From contig SGYO01000006.1 in NCBI GenBank assembly GCA_004321745.1, positions 37,468 to 101,467 on the forward strand: a DNA stretch of 64,000 bases. Reading direction: 5' to 3'. This stretch comes from a bacterium. GTDB lineage: Bacteria; Fidelibacterota; Marinisomatia; Marinisomatales; UBA1611. Of this stretch, positions 29,011 to 37,585 are shown piece after piece. Each line of letters begins with the position of its first letter. The stretch's first letter is position 1. Below the pieces are notes generated by a model, which saw only the letters and a list, made by a program, of their open reading frames with translations, searched no databases and was not told the DNA's origin. Made by a program: the position numbers and the translations under genes.

Positions 29011-29461
29011 CAGAATACAAATTATTCGTATGGTCTATGGCCATCTTCCACTTGCCATCCACTTTTACGTTATGAGTAGACCAGTGACCTTCTCTTGTGG
29101 TTCTGACACCATCCTTAGATGTTCTATCCACTTTCCATTTTCCATATGCAAATGCCTTATCACCGAATTCATAAGCTGCAATAACCTCAGCACTATGATT
29201 AATAGATTCTGAGCTGTTGTAGTATCCTACAAAATTTGCTCTAATATTATCTGCGCCTTCCACTATGTCCCTACCATTACCATTAACAATTGCATCTTTA
29301 GTATATAAGGAAACGCTACCTTCAACATCCATCGTGTTTGCATAGAGAGAATATTTATCACATATTTATCTTTGATACTCTTGCTTAAAGCTTGTGCTTT
29401 CTTCCACTTTGACACAATTAATCAAAAATGCCAAACCAATAACTGCAATAAATTTTTTCAT
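29000..29461 (-). pseudogene. DUF4440/SnoaL-like lipoprotein gene interrupted by one in-frame TAA
   Basis: ATG 29461..29459 (GGAG SD upstream) gives MKKFIAVIGLAFLINCVKVEESTSFKQEYQR. TAA follows at 29368..29366. The same frame then continues ICDKYSLYANT-MDVEGSVSLYTKDAIV... into the tracked ORF 29000..29332. The spacing between the two ATGs is 129 nt (43 codons). Confidence 0.6.
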
Positions 29462-29626
29462 TGAAATCTCCTTTGTATTAGAATCAAAATCTAAGAATCA
29501 GATATATAATCTCTTAGATGTTTAAATTGATTTTTTAACCAACCGCTTTTATGACTGGGCCTGTAAAAAAGCCGCAAAAAATATTAAAGTAATACTTTAA
29601 TAAAATATTATAAATTACATATATAA

Positions 29627-30712
29627 TTAAAAATCAAATTTTAATTGAATATCAAATTCTTCCTCTTTGCTTTCTCCTAATGCAAAAAGATTTGAAATAG
29701 AAATCCCAAGTAGCCTAACTGCTTTATCTATTTTCTTTTGATAGATCAGCTCTTCAATAATTGGAAAAAAATCCTCTTTTTTTGAAATATAATCTTCAAT
29801 TGTCTTGCTCCTTGTTTGATTGGTAAAGTCATTATATTTCAGTTTTACTGTTATTGTCCTTCCTTTGTTCTTTGATTTTTGCATTCTACGCTCGAGTTCA
29901 TCAGCAATACTATTAAGCTCATCAAGCATAAATGCCTCTGATGATATGTCTTTTGAAAAGGTTCTCTCTGCCCCTACTGATTTTCTTATTCTGCTTGGGT
30001 TAACAGGACTATCCTGAATACTGCGAACAATCTTATAATAATGATTACCAGTTTTTCCAAAACGATCAATAAGGATCTGCCTATCTAACTTTCGAAGATC
30101 TTTTCCATAATATATTCCATAGTCATTCATTTTCTTGGCCGTAACTTTGCCTACACCAAAAAATTTCTCTATTCTAAGATCATCAATGAATTTATCTACA
30201 TTTTTAGGATGAATTGTTTTTTGACCGTTTGGTTTGTTTATTTCTGTAGCTACCTTTGCTAAAAATTTATTAATTGATATTCCTGCAGAAGCTGTGAGCC
30301 CTGTCTCATTTTTGATACGTCTTCGTATTTCTCTAGCGATATCAGATGCTAATTCCATATTTTTCTTATTAACCGTTACATCTAAAAACGCCTCATCTAG
30401 AGACAGAGGTTCTATTAAATCCGTATAATCTTTAAAAATGCCCCTAATTTGCCCTGATATTTCTTTATACCTATCGAACCTAGCTTTGACAAAGATAAGG
30501 TCACTACACTTCTTTTTTGCTATGACGGATGGCATTGCTGATCTAACTCCAAACTTTCTAGCTTCATAGGAAGCTGCAGCAACCACCCCTCTTTCTTTAC
30601 TTCCGCCAACAGCTACAGGTTTTCCTCGAAGCATTGGTTCATCTAGCTGTTCAACAGATGCAAAGAAAGCATCCATATCAATATGAATTATTTTTCGAAT
30701 GATTTTATTCAA
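29627..30712 (-). CDS. dinB: DNA polymerase IV (Y-family)
   Basis: IIHIDMDAFFASVE and SLDEAFLDV catalytic motifs; 361 aa. Confidence 0.92.
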   Translation of the reverse strand: MNKIIRKIIHIDMDAFFASVEQLDEPMLRGKPVAVGGSKERGVVAAASYEARKFGVRSAMPSVIAKKKCSDLIFVKARFDRYKEISGQIRGIFKDYTDLIEPLSLDEAFLDVTVNKKNMELASDIAREIRRRIKNETGLTASAGISINKFLAKVATEINKPNGQKTIHPKNVDKFIDDLRIEKFFGVGKVTAKKMNDYGIYYGKDLRKLDRQILIDRFGKTGNHYYKIVRSIQDSPVNPSRIRKSVGAERTFSKDISSEAFMLDELNSIADELERRMQKSKNKGRTITVKLKYNDFTNQTRSKTIEDYISKKEDFFPIIEELIYQKKIDKAVRLLGISISNLFALGESKEEEFDIQLKFDF

Positions 30713-30768
30713 TGTAAAAGGGATAAATAGATGGTTTTACTGTAAGTTGGGACCAACTTAGGATAAAA

Positions 30769-32739
30769 TTACTGGTTCCAGTAAAGCTTTCTTTTAAGTT
30801 TATTTGATAAACTTTGCACTTCGGTATGTCTAAGCTTTACACCAAGTAATGCTTTCGAGTCTTTTACAAATTCATGAAAAGGTATGCGCAGAACTGCGGT
30901 TTCTCCAGAAGTAAGCGATTTTTCACCATCTGGTGTTACTATAATGATCATACCAGTATGTGATTTTAGTTTTTCAATTGCCTCTTTGGGTTCTTGTTCA
31001 TGGTAACCAAGCCTGGTTTCAATAATTTTATCCCAGAAATAAAATTCAGGTACAGTGTCTTTTACTTGTTTCCTGCAAGAAAATTGATTTTCTTTTGTGA
31101 CTCTTTTTGGGTTTTTTAGTTCAGTAAAATTATATTTTTTTAATAGAGCATGAAAAAAGCTATGAAACGCATTCTGCATACTCTCTCTTGTTTTAAACTG
31201 ATTTGTAAAAGCCTTAAGGTCAACTCCCACTTTCAACAAACCTGCAGTCCAGTAGCCGTATTTTGCGCAAATTGCATGATACAACCCTTTTTCATGTGTA
31301 GATGCATATTTCCCTAAAAGCCTATTTTCACCTGTATTTAACGACTCCTCTACCAACCTTCTAACATTTTCATATATTACTTCAATTTTCCATGGGTCAT
31401 CAAGCTCATCATGATATAACGAATCCAGGTCCTTAACCGGTAAACCCAAATTTTCCATAAAATCTATGTAGCTGCCTTTCCCAAGCTCTGTCATTTGACC
31501 AAGTACTACAGTTTCGTTTTCATCACTTTCTAGATACTTCCTGGTGATTCGCTGACCATTTGAATATCGCCTAAAAACGCCTTGCAACATATGATCAAAT
31601 GTAGAGGCGTCTTGGAGATCATCATCTGTGTAAATATCACGAAAAACTCTTTCGATATTTTTCTGGTAATACTCATGAGGAGCAATTGGTTCTTTATCCC
31701 TGTAGTAGTATGCCTCAATTAAGCTACCTAAAAGAAAGTCATCGTCGTGCATGAACTCTCTAAATTTTGAATCACCCCATGTAGTCCGAAGACCGCGGTA
31801 AAAATATGAAATATAATCATACTTCGGCTTGGTTAACTGTTCCTGCTTAAACTCAAATTTTTGTTCAATAAGGTAATCTAAAAACATTAAAACAAAACGT
31901 TTTCTATTTGCGGCAGCAATTTTTTGTTTGATCTCACTATAGTCAAACCCAGCAGACTCAACTGCAGCACGCCAGCAAACTTCATGAGATTCCATATCCT
32001 TGGTACCAAACATTCTAACACCTTCTTGCATTATGGAGACCAAAGCGATTCTTAATTCAGGTGTTTTTTCCGCCTCAGATAGGGGAAAATCGGTTCCAGG
32101 ATAACGAATGAAATCTGGTATACGGATGAATTTACGGTCATCTCTATCTTTAGGATTCATATACTCAGATGCCAAAACACGATCACCAAACGTATTTGCG
32201 ACTATTTTAAGCGTCTCGCACCAATTTTTCTTCTCTTCCTCTTCACTTTTACCATAAACAACAGGTAAATGACAGTTTGGATTTATTCCAGCATGGGCAT
32301 AAGCACCTTGCACCGTAATGAACAGCTTATTTTTTCCAAGATTTTGTAGTTGGGCAAGTAATGGTTTATTAAACTGATTAAAAAAACCTCTAACTGATAG
32401 ATCAAATGTTTTTTTATTTTGATGTCTTTTGGCCCATTTATCATGCGCACTTCTAAGTTCATGAATCATGCGCTGCTTCGACCAACGGTCATACATTGCC
32501 TGCAAATAATCTGTCGGATTAGCTCTGTAACGTTTTATTGTATACCGAATTTGTTTCTCCGTCAGGTTTGGAATAATGTATGAAATCTCCTGAACAGTTT
32601 TTTTCTTCCAAATACTTAAAACAATTGCGAGCGCTTTTTGTTGCACATCCTCTAGCTCATGAGCCATAAGCTTTTCAAGAAGAGAGACCTGCTTTTCTGT
32701 GGGCGCTTTAATAGCTTGTTCTACTTTTTTTTCTGCCAT
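30769..32739 (-). CDS. uncharacterised 656-aa protein: N-terminal HTH-like segment, four helical repeats, C-terminal PD-(D/E)xK-like module
   Basis: Long ORF without internal stops. HTH-like TVQEISYIIPNLTEKQIRYTIKRY. A repeated motif ending in an aromatic residue, then x, then (A/N)xG and a hydrophobic residue occurs four times. The C-terminus reads ...TVPEFYFWDKIIETRLGYH. The coding call is solid; the function is speculative. Confidence 0.5.
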   Translation of the reverse strand: MAEKKVEQAIKAPTEKQVSLLEKLMAHELEDVQQKALAIVLSIWKKKTVQEISYIIPNLTEKQIRYTIKRYRANPTDYLQAMYDRWSKQRMIHELRSAHDKWAKRHQNKKTFDLSVRGFFNQFNKPLLAQLQNLGKNKLFITVQGAYAHAGINPNCHLPVVYGKSEEEEKKNWCETLKIVANTFGDRVLASEYMNPKDRDDRKFIRIPDFIRYPGTDFPLSEAEKTPELRIALVSIMQEGVRMFGTKDMESHEVCWRAAVESAGFDYSEIKQKIAAANRKRFVLMFLDYLIEQKFEFKQEQLTKPKYDYISYFYRGLRTTWGDSKFREFMHDDDFLLGSLIEAYYYRDKEPIAPHEYYQKNIERVFRDIYTDDDLQDASTFDHMLQGVFRRYSNGQRITRKYLESDENETVVLGQMTELGKGSYIDFMENLGLPVKDLDSLYHDELDDPWKIEVIYENVRRLVEESLNTGENRLLGKYASTHEKGLYHAICAKYGYWTAGLLKVGVDLKAFTNQFKTRESMQNAFHSFFHALLKKYNFTELKNPKRVTKENQFSCRKQVKDTVPEFYFWDKIIETRLGYHEQEPKEAIEKLKSHTGMIIIVTPDGEKSLTSGETAVLRIPFHEFVKDSKALLGVKLRHTEVQSLSNKLKRKLYWNQ

Positions 32740-32783
32740 AATAAGGTTCTGTTAGGATATAATCAATTTTTCCGCAGTGAAAT

Positions 32784-34961
32784 TTAGCCTATTTTAAGAT
32801 GAAGTCGGAAATATTCGAAGAGTTTCTTGTAAACATGTTTACCTGCATTATTACCGTATATTCCATGATTTCTTGTCGGATAGTACATTACATCAATTGG
32901 TTTATCTGCTTGAATGCAAGCCTCGATGAATCTCGTAGTATTCTGCGAATGAACATTATCATCATGAGTTCCATGCATCAAAAGAAGTTTACCTTTAAGT
33001 TTACTAACATAGCTAATTGTTGATGTGGAATCGTACCCTCTGGTATTCTCTTGCGGTAAACCCATGTATCTTTCAGTGTAAGCAGTGTCATAAAGCCTAA
33101 AATCTGTCACTGGGGCCACAGCAACACCAACATCAAACAACTCAGAGTTTTTGGTGAGCATTAAGCAAGTAAAATACCCTCCTCCGCTCCAACCCCAAGC
33201 TCCAATTCTTTTTTCATCAACATACCCTTCATCAATTAAATACTGAACACCCGTAGCATTATCTTTGGATAAATAATGCGCCATATCTCCGTAGCTAAGG
33301 TTTTTAAAATCTCTTCCTCTGCCAGCCATTCCTCTTGTATCCATAGAAAAAACGATATATCCCTCTTTAGCAAGAAACTGCTGAAAACCTCCCTGCCAAC
33401 GGTTCCTTACAATCTGAGTTCCAGGCATACCATACCCATAAACGATTAAAGGGTATCTCTTCCCCTCTTCATAATCGTGAGGCAAGGTTAAAATACCATT
33501 TAAAACTGTTTCATTATCATCTGCAAGAAATCGAACTATTGATGGTTTGGAAATCTCTGTTGTGTCTATTTTGCCTAAGTTAGTTTTTCCTAATGTTCTA
33601 ATAAGCGTACCATCATTACTACGGTACTTTATCGTTCTTGGCATATCTATAGAAGAATAAATATCTATAAATGTTTTAGCATTGGGGTTCATCGATATAG
33701 AATGATTTCCAGGCTCTGGAGTTAATAGTTTAAGATCAGTTCCATCAAATCGGACTGAATAAAAATGATTCTCTAAATTCGATTTTTTATTTGAGGTGAA
33801 ATATATGATTTCACTTTTTTCATCAACATGAATGATATCATTTACCTCCCATTGCCCGCTAGTGACTGGGACAGTAAACCTTCCATCCGCACGCTCCAAA
33901 TAAAGATGCTGATACCCATCTCTCTCGGAAATATGCAAGAATAATCCTTTTTCTTTTAAAATTTGATTTGTTTCATGCAACTCAACCCAACCATTTGGAT
34001 CAGATTCCTGAAGCCCTTCCATTATTCTGCCGCTTGAGACATCTGCGTATATCATCTGCCATTTTTTTTGCATTCTGCCTAGTTTCATGATCCAGAGATT
34101 CTTATTGTCATACCACTCAAACCATGGATAATACGAGCTTGTGTCTTGATCAAGATCAACAAATTTTTTTCCCCCACCTTGAACATTTATAACTGCGATC
34201 TTAATGGATGGATTTCTATTTCCTGCCTTAGGGTAAAAGACCTGCTGGATTTCCGGGTACAACTTTAAATCATCAATCATATTGAAACGTTTAACTTTAG
34301 ATTGGTCCTCTTCAATAAATGCAATAAACCGACTATCAGGGGACCATCTATATCCATCGTACCCGCTTAATTCTTCCTCATAGACCCAACCAAAGTGTCC
34401 ATTTAAAATTGTTTCTGATCCTGTTCTAGTAAGCTTTTTTTCACGCTTGCGGTCAATGTTATAAACGTATAGATTATTATCATCTCTGATGTAAGACACC
34501 CACTTACTGTCAGGGGATATTTTTACATTTCGAAGATTTTCATTTTTCTTACTTACTTTTCGGAGTGATTTATCTACTAATTTCAGAATGTAAAAGGTGC
34601 CTTTATTAGAATGTCTCCAAACCTTTTGCCTTTTTGATTGAATCAACATCCAGTTTCCATCCTCTGAAAAACTCCAATTAAGGATTGGAATATCTTCACC
34701 TTTGTAATTAAAAATACTACTATCCAAATAAATTACAGTATCGCCAAGAGCAAGATCGATCTTGTAAAAGGACCTTCGGCTTTCTCCTTTACCCTTAAGT
34801 ATGATTTTTTCTGAACTATGCTCCCATGTATAATCGCCCATTCTTGGGTATTGGATATCTAAATTATAACTTACCTCCCACCAGGGTGTTGGTTCAGCAA
34901 ATGAACAGTCAATCCAAAATACCGAAGACAATATTAAAATTTTTATACTACTGAATTTCAT
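32784..34961 (-). CDS. dipeptidyl-peptidase IV (S9B prolyl oligopeptidase family), exported
   Basis: Signal peptide and an N-terminal DPPIV beta-propeller region. Catalytic Ser motif GWSGGGY; distal Asp/His in LLMHGTHDDNV and RNHG. Confidence 0.85.
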   Translation of the reverse strand: MKFSSIKILILSSVFWIDCSFAEPTPWWEVSYNLDIQYPRMGDYTWEHSSEKIILKGKGESRRSFYKIDLALGDTVIYLDSSIFNYKGEDIPILNWSFSEDGNWMLIQSKRQKVWRHSNKGTFYILKLVDKSLRKVSKKNENLRNVKISPDSKWVSYIRDDNNLYVYNIDRKREKKLTRTGSETILNGHFGWVYEEELSGYDGYRWSPDSRFIAFIEEDQSKVKRFNMIDDLKLYPEIQQVFYPKAGNRNPSIKIAVINVQGGGKKFVDLDQDTSSYYPWFEWYDNKNLWIMKLGRMQKKWQMIYADVSSGRIMEGLQESDPNGWVELHETNQILKEKGLFLHISERDGYQHLYLERADGRFTVPVTSGQWEVNDIIHVDEKSEIIYFTSNKKSNLENHFYSVRFDGTDLKLLTPEPGNHSISMNPNAKTFIDIYSSIDMPRTIKYRSNDGTLIRTLGKTNLGKIDTTEISKPSIVRFLADDNETVLNGILTLPHDYEEGKRYPLIVYGYGMPGTQIVRNRWQGGFQQFLAKEGYIVFSMDTRGMAGRGRDFKNLSYGDMAHYLSKDNATGVQYLIDEGYVDEKRIGAWGWSGGGYFTCLMLTKNSELFDVGVAVAPVTDFRLYDTAYTERYMGLPQENTRGYDSTSTISYVSKLKGKLLLMHGTHDDNVHSQNTTRFIEACIQADKPIDVMYYPTRNHGIYGNNAGKHVYKKLFEYFRLHLKIG

Positions 34962-35625
34962 TTTTTAGGTTTTTTAGAAATTTAACCATCATATCGAAAG
35001 TTATTCTTTTCGTGTTAACATTCCTAGGACTAGGATGGTAAGCACCGTATAGAGTCACACCTGAAGGTAGCTCATATCCAACTCCGTGTTTAAATGGAAA
35101 ATCTTTCATTTTAATATCATGAGATTTTCTGGTGTAATGCAAAAATGATTCAAATCCAATTTTACCCAAACCTAATACAATTTCCATATTATGTAGGCAC
35201 TCTATTTCATTAGCTAAATGACTAGCGCAGTTGTTTCTTTCCTCCGCAGTGGGTTTGTCACCTGGGGGAACACATTTTACCGCAACTGACATAAATCCAT
35301 TAAGTGTGAGTCCATCATCAAATGCGATAGATTCAGGCTGATTGGCAAGCCCAGCAGCATGCATGCATTTAAATAGAAAATCCGCTGATTTATCGCCAGT
35401 AAATACTCTTCCTGTCCTATTACCTCCATGAGCAGCAGGAGCTAAACCTAAAATAAGCAATTTAGAATTATCATCACCATACCCTGGTACAGGCTTACCC
35501 CAATAATCCCAATCCATATAGGACTTACGTTTTTCTTTAGCGATCTTAGTTCTAAACTCAACTAGCCTAGGACATCTTTTACAAGAAATAATCTCACTTC
35601 GAACTTTTTTGATATTTTGGTCCAT
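34948..35625 (-). CDS. uracil-DNA glycosylase, Fe-S family 4/5 (GLAPA motif as in family 5)
   Basis: N-terminal Cys pair (CKRCPRL). Motif A is GLAPAAHGGNRTGRVFTGD and motif B is YHPSPRN. Confidence 0.75.
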   Translation of the reverse strand: MDQNIKKVRSEIISCKRCPRLVEFRTKIAKEKRKSYMDWDYWGKPVPGYGDDNSKLLILGLAPAAHGGNRTGRVFTGDKSADFLFKCMHAAGLANQPESIAFDDGLTLNGFMSVAVKCVPPGDKPTAEERNNCASHLANEIECLHNMEIVLGLGKIGFESFLHYTRKSHDIKMKDFPFKHGVGYELPSGVTLYGAYHPSPRNVNTKRITFDMMVKFLKNLKNEIQ

Positions 35626-35758
35626 TATATCTCAATCTTTTACTAAAATTAATATAGCTAAAATTTAGTCTTGTTCATTGATTCATGCTTGCTGAAAGTC
35701 TAAATTTGCTCCCACCTATTGTATTAGGTTTTAAAATTTTATACTTAAAGGAATTATT

Positions 35759-37585
35759 ATGGGTTTAATGACCACGTTAAGAACAAGAATGACAGTAGTT
35801 TTATGGGCTTTGCTAATCCTGTTTCTATTGAGCATGGCCGTCGGAGGTTTAGTTGGCGGTGCAAATATAATTGATCAAATTGCTGGAAGGGTTGACCCTT
35901 CAAGAGTGATTGCACGAATTAATGACCAAGATATCTCTCCTGACTATTTTAATAATCTAGTTAATCAACAAATAAACCAGTTTAAATCGTCTGGTCAGCC
36001 CGTTAACGATGCAATGTATGAAAGAGCAAGAAGTACAGCCTGGACAAATTTAGTTCAAGAGGTACTTGTAAGCGCTGAGATCAAAAGGTTAGGTTTAGAG
36101 GCTACTGATGAAGAAATTATATACCATTTAAGAGAAAATCCACCTCAGTTTTTACAATCTAATCCTACTTTCCAAACTGATGGAAAATTTGATTCTCAAA
36201 AATATTTATCAGCCTTAGCCTCCCCGCAAGGAGATGAATGGGTACCAATAGAAAACTGGATGAGAACAAGCTACATTCCAAATTTAAAACTCACACAGTT
36301 TTTAAATGAAGATGTGCTCGTAACTGAGCAAGATGTAAAAGATGATTTTATAAAAAAGAATGTCAAATTTACAGTCGATGCTATTCATGTTACTTATGAC
36401 AAAGTCCCAGCAGATAAAACAGAGCCATCTGAAACTGAACTTACAGATGAATATCAAGCCTCACTCGATGATTTTAAGCATGATGAGCTTCGTAATATTA
36501 GTTTTGTTTCTTGGAAAAAATCCCCATCTGCTCAAGATAGCATAAAAAATGGATATTTAATTTCAGATATTATGGAAAGAGCAAATTCTGGAGAAAATTT
36601 TGCTGATTTAGCAAATGAATACACGCAAGATCTTTCAGGGCAAGATAAAGGAGGCGATTTAGGATGGTTTGGTAAGGGTCAAATGGTAAAACCTTTTGAA
36701 GAGGCAGCCTTCAACGCTAAAAAAGGATCTATAATTGGTCCGATTAAATCACGATTTGGTAGTCATATAATTAATGTGCGTGACAAAAGATCAGAAGATG
36801 GCAAGGAGCAAGTGTTAGCCTCTCATATACTTCTTAAGGTTGAAGCTAGTCCGACTACTTTGTCTGACCTTAGAAGGACTGCAACACTTTTTAGCTATGA
36901 TGCCCAAGATTCTGGGTTTACTTTTGCTGCAAATAGTAATCAACTTGCAATTTTAAACCATGAAAATCTAGATGCATCTGCCTCTAGACTTAGAACAATT
37001 GGGTCGTTACGTAGTGGGGTGAAATTTGCATTTAACAATAAAGTTGAATCAGTGTCCGATGTATTGGAAAATGATCAGTATTTTGCTGTTTTACATGTTG
37101 ATAGTTCAATAGAAGCTGGTTATAAATCTTTTGAGAGTGTTAGACCACAGCTCGTAAATAAAGTTAAAAGATCCAAACAGAAAACAGCCTCGAGAGATTT
37201 AATTGATGAACTGGTTATAGATTTAAATGCTAATGAAAAATCTCTTAGCTCAATTATAGAAAAGCAGAAGAGATTTGATAATATTAAAGACGAATCCAAA
37301 ACAATAAATGAAGCATTTACTTCCATTGGTAGAAGTAACTTTGTTACTGGTGCTCTTCTGAATGCTTCCAAGGATGACCTACTTGGCCCTGTAGAAACAA
37401 ACAGAGGTTGGGCTTTAATTCATGTGAAAGATATAGCAGAATTAGACTCTTCAGAATATGAAGTTCAGAGAGAATCATTAAAAAACAGCTTAAGAACTAG
37501 AAAACAAAATCAACATCTTCAAGCATGGCTAGATGAATTAAAAGATAATGCTGAGATTATTGATAATAGAAATTTCTTTTATTAA
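35759..37585 (+). CDS. ppiD: membrane-anchored periplasmic chaperone/parvulin PPIase, PpiD-like
   Basis: N-terminal transmembrane helix, a SurA-N-like region and the parvulin core GGDLGWFGKGQMVKPFEEAAF...RFGSHIINV; 608 aa. Confidence 0.8.
   Translation: MGLMTTLRTRMTVVLWALLILFLLSMAVGGLVGGANIIDQIAGRVDPSRVIARINDQDISPDYFNNLVNQQINQFKSSGQPVNDAMYERARSTAWTNLVQEVLVSAEIKRLGLEATDEEIIYHLRENPPQFLQSNPTFQTDGKFDSQKYLSALASPQGDEWVPIENWMRTSYIPNLKLTQFLNEDVLVTEQDVKDDFIKKNVKFTVDAIHVTYDKVPADKTEPSETELTDEYQASLDDFKHDELRNISFVSWKKSPSAQDSIKNGYLISDIMERANSGENFADLANEYTQDLSGQDKGGDLGWFGKGQMVKPFEEAAFNAKKGSIIGPIKSRFGSHIINVRDKRSEDGKEQVLASHILLKVEASPTTLSDLRRTATLFSYDAQDSGFTFAANSNQLAILNHENLDASASRLRTIGSLRSGVKFAFNNKVESVSDVLENDQYFAVLHVDSSIEAGYKSFESVRPQLVNKVKRSKQKTASRDLIDELVIDLNANEKSLSSIIEKQKRFDNIKDESKTINEAFTSIGRSNFVTGALLNASKDDLLGPVETNRGWALIHVKDIAELDSSEYEVQRESLKNSLRTRKQNQHLQAWLDELKDNAEIIDNRNFFY

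Noticed and set aside
29540-29575. Possible terminator hairpin downstream of dinB (gctttt...aaaagc)
   Set aside because: It has only a 6-bp AT-rich stem with a 16-nt loop and no clean U-tract on the relevant strand, so it is too weak to call.
30769-32739. Higher GC content of the 656-aa gene as evidence of horizontal transfer
   Set aside because: Hand counts of a few lines give about 37-38% GC, against about 23% in the 46-49 kb OMP gene. Conserved housekeeping genes such as mreB reach about 40% too, so GC tracks protein type here and is not diagnostic.
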